NCBI GenBank assembly: GCA_052055015.1
Contig: JBQJIT010000012.1
Source: Malassezia furfur
Lineage: Eukaryota
Direction: 5' to 3' (one strand)
DNA length: 20,000 nt
The position numbers and the translations under genes are program-made. Below, one piece after another: positions 9,543 through 17,832 of the stretch. Within the stretch, counting starts at the first letter, position 1. Each line of letters begins with the position of its first letter. The notes beneath the pieces were generated by a model. It was not told the origin of the DNA. It searched no databases and saw only the letters and a list, made by a program, of their open reading frames with translations.

Positions 9543-11463
9543 CTACTTGTCCTCGTCGCCATCGACGAAGATGTCGCGGTACTTAAGCAGGATGGTTTCG
9601 ATCGCCTTGCACTGGTGGCTCATGTCCTGCAGCTGCACGGGCCCACCACTGCTCGCGCCGGCCTCGGAGGCGGTGACATTGTGAGGCGGACTGAGCAGCG
9701 TCGGCCCAAACACGATGGCGAGATTGTGGGCGCTCATCTGGTTGATGCCCTCTTGGGCACGCACGCGGTCCAGGTGCGCCATAAGGAACCGCAGGGTGGC
9801 ATAGTTGGCGTCGGGCAGTTCGTTGACCTGCTCGTGCAGCCGAATCTGGCGCAAATAGTCGTCTTCCACTTTGGCGGCCTCGATAAAGGCCGGGTATAAT
9901 GCATAGGTCAGCAACGGCTCGGGCAGCTCGCGGAACCAGAGCTTGAGGCAGCCCGCGACGATGTTGATGTCGCTCAGTGCCTCATCGTTCATCAGGTCCA
10001 CCGACGACCAGTCCGCATCAAACTTCGCCTTGAGCTTCTGCACGCGCGACGTGGTGCCAGACAGGCGGTAGATACCCATGTTCTGGATGCCGACGCGCTC
10101 GATGGCGTCCGCACAGATCTCCAGGATGGGCGGTACCTCGACATTGTCGCGCACCAGCTGCGTCGTGAGGTCCACGCCAAAGATGGGGTGGCCTCCTCCG
10201 CCCGGCGCCCCGTCGTCGCCCGAGTTGGGCGCACTGCCGCGGCCCACGAGCGTGGTCTGGTACATGAGGTTCGTGAGCGTCGTCTCGTCGTACGGGTTGT
10301 GCCGGCGGGGCCCGTGGAAGTCGCTTGCGTGCGCCAACTCGTAGCTCTGGAGGAACTCGCGGAAGTCGGCCGTGTTGTCGATTGCGGCCGCGGCGTCGCG
10401 AAGGCCCGTGGTGGACGACTTTTCGTTCAAAGGATTGACGGCCATCCCATCGCTCAGCACGGTACTCTCGTAGAGGAACGCGAAACGAATCAGCTGGAAC
10501 TGCAAGCCGGTGTCGATCTCCGAAAGCGTGTCGCGCAGCGAGCGGAGGATGTGGGGCAGGTGTTGCTGGAAGTACTCCTGGCGCAACGACTGGGCCCCCT
10601 GGGCCTCGTTCCGGAGCGCTTCGTGTGCGTTGGTCTTCTTCACCCGGAACTCTTCCTCGTGCCGGAGGATCTGCTGGGGGTTTTTGTTCTTGAACAGGCC
10701 GCCCTTGGTGAAGGACATGCCGAGCGTCCGCTTGTTGGCTGCCGTGCCGATGGACATGTCGGCGGCACGCGCCGTGTCGCCCTGCTTCACGAGGAACACG
10801 CGCTCCAAATCCTCTGCGGCAATGTCGAAACGGATCCGCGCGCGGTCGACGTTCGCCTCGGCGTCGGTGAGGCTCTTTTCCAGACGGCGGCCCATATCGA
10901 CGTGCTGCCGGCGCGCACGCTCCGCATCGCGCACCAGTACCGCCAGGTCATCGCTGATCGCCGTGAGCTTCGTCGCGAAACGGTAGCGGTTCTCGCTGAG
11001 CGCTTCTTGCGCATGGAGCATGCTCTTCCAGTTGGTGCCGTACGTGCCGGAGCGCGCCTCGTGCGAGGAGTACTCGGACGCGTACGTTTTGGTGAGCTTG
11101 CTCAGCCCATGTGCATACTCTTCCTCGAGCGCTGCACGCTTCTTGACAAACGCCGAGGCCTCACGCGCCGATTCGATGCTCTGACGCAGGCGCTCGTCCA
11201 TCAGCGACAGACCACACTGGGTGAGCGGGGCGTACGTACGTCCATTGCGCACAACTGGCGCATCATTGCATCGTCGATCACCGAAGAGCTAATCAGGCCC
11301 GGTGCGGCGGTAGTGTTGGGCGCATCGGAGGGCATAATGGTGCGGTCGCCGGCCTCTGCGGTGCCGCCCGCATAGGTCTTGGCTCCCGTCTGCAGCGGCG
11401 CGACAGAGATATCTCCAGGGGCCTGTGTGAGCATGCGTGCGTGCGTACGTTGTTCGCCGACAT
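9543..11463 (-). CDS. F-BAR (FCH) + RhoGAP protein, Rgd1-like, ~623 aa. Exons 11463-11449, 11422-11240, 11216-9543
   Basis: F-BAR start (D|CGLSLMDERLRQSIESAREASAFVKKRAALEEEY). RhoGAP motifs IFGVDL, GIYRLSG (arginine finger), LKLWFRELPEPL, NQMSAHNLAIVFGPTL. Introns of 26 and 23 nt link to ATG TCG GCG AAC AAC. Confidence 0.9.
11217..11239 (-). other. Spliceosomal micro-intron, 23 nt (RhoGAP intron 2)
   Basis: GTACGTACGCCCCGCTCACCCAG; joins two ORF frames. Confidence 0.85.
11423..11448 (-). other. Spliceosomal micro-intron, 26 nt (RhoGAP intron 1)
   Basis: GTACGCACGCACGCATGCTCACACAG; links the 15-nt ATG exon in frame. Confidence 0.75.
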
Positions 11464-11718
11464 CAGGGAGAGGGTGCGCGTCGCTCGGGGGATCGCTCAA
11501 ACAAGGCACGGCGCGATCGCCTCGAGTCGCAAGGGCAAGTCGGGCCCCCCACGCTGTGCTTATGTGCCACGTGGAAACAGTGTTGATTATGTGGTGTGGA
11601 GGCGACGCGCGGGGGGGAGCGGCGCGCGACAGCCCTGGCGCTAAGGGGCGGGCGCTGTGGCCCAGGTCGGCAGCTACGTAGGACATCATCACATTCATAC
11701 ATGACCGCGTGCGACGCA

Positions 11719-14266
11719 CTACTTCTTCGCGCGGTGATCGTGAGCCGCGCGGATGTGGGGGATGAGCGAGCGAAGACTCGCGGGCTCGCGCAAAAAGGGA
11801 TGCTCGGCGAGCGTCGCCGCGTCCGGGCGCTTGTCCGCGTCCACCTCCAGACACACCGAGAGAAAGTCGCGGAAAGTGGAAGAGAGCTTTTCGGGATTCT
11901 GCAGCTTGGGCGTACCGTTGGTCGCGATCAGGTACAGTGCACGCAGCGGGTTCTCGTTCAGGTACGGCGGCTCGCCTTCGACCATCTCGATGCACAGGAT
12001 GCCCAGGCTCCAGATGTCGACGCGCGCGCCGTACTCCTTCCGCGTGACCACCTCGGGCGCCATCCAGTACGGTGTGCCGACCATGGTGACGCGCTTGGCG
12101 TGCGCCTGGCCAATCTGTGCACAGAAGCCAAAGTCGGCTGGGTCAGTAGTGGCAACGTACTCAGCTTGATGTTCCCGTTCATGCTCATTAGCACATTGTC
12201 GCTCTTGATGTCGCGGTGGATTACGCCGTGTGTGTGCAGATGGTGCAGCCCGGTAACGCACTCCTTTGTCACCGCGGCGATCTGCGCCTCGGAGAGGATG
12301 GAGTTGAGCACGACGTCGGTGAGCGGACCGCCCTCCATGTACTCCATGACGACCCACAACTCGCCGTCGTTGAGGAACGCGTTGAGGAAATTGACAATGT
12401 TCGGATGCCGCGACTGCTTCATCACCTCGATCTCGTTCACGATCAAGTCCTTCTTGGGGGCTGCTGCTCCAGCACCATCTGCTTGATCGCCACGAGCTGC
12501 TCGGACCCAATGCTCTTCGCCGTAAACACACCGCCGGACGCGCCTTGCCCGATCTTGACCAGGTCCTTGAACATGCGCGTGGGGTTTCCGGGCATACACA
12601 CCGCCTGCAGACGCATCATGACCTGCGCATCGCTTACCTTGTTGCGCTGCGTGCGCCGCCGCGGCACCGTGCCGCTCGATCCGAGCGGCGGGCGCACCTC
12701 GGCGTCGGCCTTGGTCGCAACGCCCGCACGCTGCGACTGCGTGCGCACAAGCTGCGCCGCAGACGTCGTGGAGGCATCCGCGGGGCGCTCCGCGGCAGGG
12801 TTGTAGGTATGGGACGTGACGCCCTCGACGAGCGGCTGCGTCGCTGACGACTTGGCTGGATGCAGCAGCTCGGGCGTACGGAACGACGGCGAGACACGCC
12901 CAGGCGCGGGCGCGGGCGCAGGCACCGCTGGCACACCCTGCGTCGCCACCGACGTGGGTGTGTGCCGGACGTCGGGGATCGCACCAGGCGCCGCCACGGG
13001 CGGCACCGTGGGGGGCACCGACGGGGCGCCCGGCAGCGGCGCACCTGCACCGCCCACGGCGCCCGGGGCTATTCGCTGCGGCGCAGGGCCTGGCACGGGC
13101 GGCGCAGGACGTGTCGCGGCGGGCACCGCCGCCACATGCGCCGAGGCGTCCCACTCTGGCTCGTACGGCTGCGACGACCCCGAGTCGTCCTCGACGTTCG
13201 CACGGAACTTGGTCCACACGTCGTCGTTCTCGCCGCCACTCGCGGTGTCGTGGGCATTGTCCTGGTAGAACTGAACAATGTCCATCACCGCCTGGGGATG
13301 CTGCTCCACCTCTTGGCGCGAGATGCCCGACTGGTGTAGAAGCTGCTGCCACTCGCGCGGAAGCCCCGTAAACTCGCCCGTGTGTGCATTGAAGCCGACG
13401 TGCGTCAGGTGCACGGGGTCGTACGGCGTAGAGATCTCCGGCCGCCGCTCTGTGCTGCCAAACACGTCGCTGACCGAATGTACAAGGCCGCCGAGCATGC
13501 TCTTTAGCGACGAGCGGCTCCCTTCGCGCGTCCGTGTGCGCGTGGGCGTATCAGGCGTCGCCGAGCTCGGCGCACTCTTGGGCGATCCCGGGATATCGGA
13601 GCGCACCGAGCTCGCGATCGACACATTTGACATCGACGTCGGCAGCGGCGCTGCACGGTCCGCGACGCGCGGCTTGGGCGGCGTCGGCGGAGGCATGCCT
13701 TCCGGCGGAGAGTCGGCATAGGACAGTGTCGCACCTTTGAGGGGATGCGGCGCCGCATACGGCTGCGCCGCGTACGCCTGCGTCGGCAGTGCCAGGGACC
13801 CCAGGCTCTGCGAGCGCGTGTGCTGCTGCGCGGCCTGCATCGCCTGCATCCGCTGCATCGCGTCAGACGTGCCATGCGGCGGGTTTCCAACCGCTGCGCC
13901 AGGTGCCGTGGGCGTGTACGCGGCCTGCGCGCTGTCGGGCACGTTGGGCGCCGTGCGGGGCAACACCGGCGCCGAGTCGTGTCGGTTCCACGGCCGCGAC
14001 AGAGTCTGCGGTTGCACCACGCGCTGCGTCGAGAACAACGACACATCAGGGACATTCACGAGGCCGGGGTGCATACTGAGTCCGCCGTCGGCGGCGTAGG
14101 CGCCGACCTCGTAGGTCAGCGCCGTACGCGACGGGTCGGAAGGGAGCGGCCGCGCGCCCCCTTCCGCAGCCCGCGCCGCCTGGGCACTATTGGATCCGGA
14201 CGCGTACTGCCCGGAGAATGGTTCCGGGTCTGGACGCGCATACGCGCTCCCCATATAGTGGGCCAT
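11719..14266 (-). CDS. STE20: STE20/PAK family kinase (CRIB + kinase, no PH domain seen), ~840 aa. 23-nt intron 12138-12160; apparent frameshift at 12456-12460; start codon uncertain
   Basis: [37 protein letters not shown]. Kinase motifs [62 protein letters not shown]. Confidence 0.9.
12138..12160 (-). other. Spliceosomal micro-intron, 23 nt (STE20)
   Basis: GTACGTTGCCACTACTGACCCAG; removal restores the invariant IKLTDFG. Confidence 0.93.
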
Positions 14267-14359
14267 ATGCCACGCGCACAGACGACCTCGTGAGAAAGGG
14301 GAAAAGAGGCACTGCCGAGTGTTTTGGCCCAACACTTAAGTGGAGGTGCGTGTCCCCGC

Positions 14360-15677
14360 CTAGAACAGGGGGCGGAACTGTGGGGGTCAGTGCCCAGCGG
14401 GAGTTCCACCTACCTTTTTGCGTGCGCCGTCCGGCTGGGTCGCAGGGAGTGCATCGTCTTGCGACACGCTGGGGGGACTCGGAGATGAAAAAAACAACGC
14501 CGAGGGGTGCTCGTCGCGGTTCCCACCTGCCCCAATTGGGGTCGGCTGCACCAGCAGCTGCGACAGCGGCACCTGGGAGGGCGGGCGGTGCGATGCCGCC
14601 GGCGTCGCCTCGACTTTGACGCGCGGCGCACCAAGCAGGTCTTCGTCGTCGCTCGAGCGCGTCACGTCGGCGGCAGGCGCAGGCGGCGAAGCGGCGCGCG
14701 GCGGCATCGGCGCTCCATCGGGCGATGCGGCGCGTGGTTTGGGAGCGGGCGCCGCGCCTTCGAGCGCGTCGCCGGTGGTCGCAAGGATGAACTCGGCAGA
14801 GAGCGCCTCGGACACGTGCAGCCGTACAAACAGCGGATCGCCGCCGTACCCGAACGCCAGCGACGCGGACGACCCCAACTGCTCGGCGACGTGGATCGCG
14901 GCGCGAAACTCCCATAGTGAGAACTGTACCATACACTCGTCCGTGACGTCGTATTCGAGCATTTCGGCGAGCGGGAGCCGCACCTCGCTCTGGATCGAGT
15001 TGCGGACGTGGTCTTTGGGGTCCGGCGGCGCGTTGAGCCGGCTGTGCATCGTGCACGCGTGCGGTGTGCAGTGCAGCGAGCACTCGCCCGTCTTGCCACT
15101 GTTCATAAAGTGCTCCATCCATTCCTTGGCGGTTTCCGGGCGCACGCTCAGCGCAAAAGGGGGATGGGCATCGATCGAGGGGTATAAGCCCGGGCGGTCC
15201 TCGTAGGTAAGGCGGTGCCGTTTTTGAACGCCTGTGTGAGTCGAACGTGCGTACCGTGCTCGCACTCGATGAGGATCTCGAGACGCGCCGGCTCAGCAAG
15301 TGCATCGAGCACGAAGGTGCACCGGAGCATCGACGCGCGCATCCGCAACGCGGCAAGGACGGTCTGCGCGGTGAGGAAGGCGACGTACGCGGATATGAAT
15401 TTGGCACTCGACATCCTCGTGTGCAAGGCGGATGCGCTCAAAGAAGCGCTCGTGCAAGACAAACAGGCCGTACGCGGAGCTCGACGCGTTCACGGCAGAG
15501 AGCTGGAGCTGCGTGAGCTGGCAGCACGTACGCGGAGGTGGTCATCGTGTGGGTCGCGCACGCAACTAATCCAGCAGTGGTCTCCAAAGCGGTACAGGCA
15601 CGCGAGCGCGTAGATGAGCGCTGCGTGAGCCGTGCGCACGTACCGCGCACCTTGTCCCCCCCGACGGTCCACTCCAT
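14360..15677 (-). CDS. RAD9: 9-1-1 checkpoint clamp subunit Rad9 (Rad9A/Ddc1 family), ~395 aa. Exons 15677-15644, 15620-15532, 15508-15389, 15363-15255, 15231-14414, 14377-14360
   Basis: After removing five introns (23, 23, 25, 23, 36 nt): [65 protein letters not shown], and a low-complexity tail ending KK|FRPLF (resembles human RAD9A KKFRSLF). Confidence 0.85.
15232..15643 (-). other. Cluster of four RAD9 micro-introns: 15621-15643 (23 nt), 15509-15531 (23), 15364-15388 (25), 15232-15254 (23)
   Basis: All start GTACG and have CTCAC 4-6 nt before the intron end. Together they give one continuous Rad9 frame. Confidence 0.85.
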
Positions 15678-15686
15678 GTGGAGCGC

Positions 15687-15694
15687 TGAGTCAT
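15687..15694. promoter_or_regulatory. Gcn4/CpcA-type site TGAGTCAT (= ATGACTCA) upstream of TRP5
   Basis: Exact consensus in the 46-nt RAD9/TRP5 spacer. TRP genes are classical general-amino-acid-control targets. Confidence 0.6.
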
Positions 15695-15723
15695 GCGCGG
15701 TGCGGCGTTCCCCTCTTCCCACC

Positions 15724-17823
15724 ATGTCGCAGCTGCTCAACGAGACGTTTGCGCGGAAGAATGAGCAGAACCAGGCGGTGTTTGTGACGTTTGTCACCGC
15801 CGGGTTCCCCGGCAAAGAGGATACGCCCGATATTTTGCTCGCGCTCGAGCAGGGCGGCGCAGATGTGATCGAGGTCGGTGTGCCGTTCAGCGACCCGCAG
15901 GCGGACGGCCCTGCGATCCAAGACAGCAACAAGATTGCGCTTACGAATGGCGTGGGCTATGCGCAGTGCCTGGCGTACGTGCGTGAGGCGCGCGCGCGGG
16001 GGCTCAAGGTGCCCGTGATCTTTATGGGCTACTACAACCCCATTATGGCCTACGGCGAGGAGCGTGCGGTGCGCGAGGCACGCGAGGCGGGCGTGAACGG
16101 GTTCATCGTGGTGGACCTGCCGCCTGAGGAGGCCGAGACGTTCCTTGCGGTGTGCCGCAAGGAGCAGATGGCGTTTGTGCCGCTCATTGCGCCGACCACG
16201 GACCTGGAGCGCGTGCGGTATTTGTCGACGCTGGCCGACTCGTTCATGTACGTTGTGTCGAAGCTCGGCACAACGGGCGCGTCCGCGAGTGTGTCTTCGT
16301 CGCTGAGCGACATGATGCCCAAGATCCGCACGGCGACCAGTGCGCCGCTCGCGGTGGGCTTTGGTGTGTCAACGCGCGACCACTTCATCGAGGTGGGCGA
16401 GCTCGCCGACGGTGTGGTGATCGGGAGCAAGCTTGTGGAGCGCCTTAAGCATGCGCAGCCTGCGACGACGGCAGGGCGCGTCGAGGCCGCGCGCACGTTC
16501 TGTGAGGAGATCACCGGCATCAAGGAGGGCGGCCTTGCGCGGCGGCACCCGCTGCGGCGCGACGCGACCACGACGCCGGCCGACACCAACGGCGTGGTCA
16601 CCAAAAACATCGAGGATCGGCACCCCCGTTTTGGCGCGTTCGGCGGGCAGTACATCCCCGAGGCGCTGTTCCAGTGCCACCTGGAGCTGGAACGTGCGTA
16701 CGACCAGGCGCGCAACGACCCCAAGTTCTGGGAAGAGTTCCGCAGCTACTACAACTACATTGGGCGCCCGAGTGAGCTGTACTATGCCGAGCGCCTGACG
16801 CAGATGGCGGGCGGGGCCAAGATCTGGCTCAAGCGCGAGGACCTCAACCACACGGGCAGCCACAAGATCAACAACGCAATTGGCCAGGCGCTGCTCGCCA
16901 AGCGCCTCGGCAAGACGCGCATCATTGCCGAGACGGGCGCGGGGCAGCACGGTGTCGCGACGGCCACGGCGTGCGCCAAGCTCGGCCTGGAGTGTGTGGT
17001 GTACATGGGCGCCGAAGACGTGCGCCGCCAGTCGCTCAACGCGTTCCGCATGAAGATGCTCGGCGCCAAGGTGGTGCCGGTGGAGAGCGGGAGCAAGACG
17101 CTCAAGGACGCGATCAACGAGGCGAACCGCGACTGGGTGACCAACATTACCAACACGCACTACCTCGTCGGCTCGGCGATCGGTCCGCACCCCTTCCCGT
17201 CGCTCGTGCGGGACCTGCAGTCGGTGATCGGCCGCGAGGCCAAGGAGCAGCTGCGCGCCGAGACGGGCCGCCTGCCCGAGGCGGTCGTCGCGTGCGTCGG
17301 CGGCGGGAGCAACGCCATCGGCCTCTTCCATCCGTTTGTGGAGGATGCGTCGGTGCGCCTCGTCGGCGTCGAGGCCGGCGGGCACGGCGTCGACACCGAG
17401 CAGCACTCGGCGACGCTCGCGCGCGGGCGGCCAGGCGTGCTGCACGGCGTGCGCACCTACCTGCTCCAGGACGCCGACGGGCAGGTCACCGAGACCCACT
17501 CGATCAGCGCGGGGCTCGACTACCCCGGCGTGGGCCCCGAGCACGCCTACCTCAAGGACAGCGGGCGTGCCGAGTACGTCGTCGCGACCGACGACCAGGC
17601 GCTGCAGGGCTTCCGCTGGCTCACGGAGCGCGAGGGCATCATCCCGGCGCTCGAGTCGTCGCACGCCATCTACCAGGCGGTGCAGCTCGCCAAGACGCTC
17701 CCGAGCGATGCGCAGATTATCGTGTCGCTCAGTGGGCGCGGCGACAAGGACGTGGAGCAGATCGCGCGCGGCCTCACCGAGCAGGGCTGGGGCGACCGCA
17801 TCGGCTGGCACTTGTCCGTGTAA
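15724..17823 (+). CDS. TRP5: Bifunctional tryptophan synthase (alpha-beta fusion), 699 aa, intronless
   Basis: Alpha: [32 protein letters not shown]. Beta: [16 protein letters not shown] (PLP lysine), [34 protein letters not shown]. Confidence 0.97.
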   Translation: MSQLLNETFARKNEQNQAVFVTFVTAGFPGKEDTPDILLALEQGGADVIEVGVPFSDPQADGPAIQDSNKIALTNGVGYAQCLAYVREARARGLKVPVIFMGYYNPIMAYGEERAVREAREAGVNGFIVVDLPPEEAETFLAVCRKEQMAFVPLIAPTTDLERVRYLSTLADSFMYVVSKLGTTGASASVSSSLSDMMPKIRTATSAPLAVGFGVSTRDHFIEVGELADGVVIGSKLVERLKHAQPATTAGRVEAARTFCEEITGIKEGGLARRHPLRRDATTTPADTNGVVTKNIEDRHPRFGAFGGQYIPEALFQCHLELERAYDQARNDPKFWEEFRSYYNYIGRPSELYYAERLTQMAGGAKIWLKREDLNHTGSHKINNAIGQALLAKRLGKTRIIAETGAGQHGVATATACAKLGLECVVYMGAEDVRRQSLNAFRMKMLGAKVVPVESGSKTLKDAINEANRDWVTNITNTHYLVGSAIGPHPFPSLVRDLQSVIGREAKEQLRAETGRLPEAVVACVGGGSNAIGLFHPFVEDASVRLVGVEAGGHGVDTEQHSATLARGRPGVLHGVRTYLLQDADGQVTETHSISAGLDYPGVGPEHAYLKDSGRAEYVVATDDQALQGFRWLTEREGIIPALESSHAIYQAVQLAKTLPSDAQIIVSLSGRGDKDVEQIARGLTEQGWGDRIGWHLSV

Positions 17824-17832
17824 GTACGTAGA

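Noticed and set aside
12453..12475. Possible 23-nt intron GTGCTG...CCAAG that would repair the STE20 frameshift
   Set aside because: Non-consensus donor, no branch motif, and it would delete the conserved VLEQQPK.
13835..13862. CTGCATC 9-bp periodic repeat
   Set aside because: Low-complexity coding (MQRMQAMQA) in the disordered STE20 N-terminus.
15538..15723. Upstream extension of the TRP5 ORF
   Set aside because: Overlaps RAD9 exons; alpha-subunit homology begins at ATG 15724.
4786..17823. Possible functional clusters (ABZ2-like + TRP5 chorismate branches; MUS81 + RAD9 repair)
   Set aside because: Separated by unrelated housekeeping genes; no evidence of a cluster.
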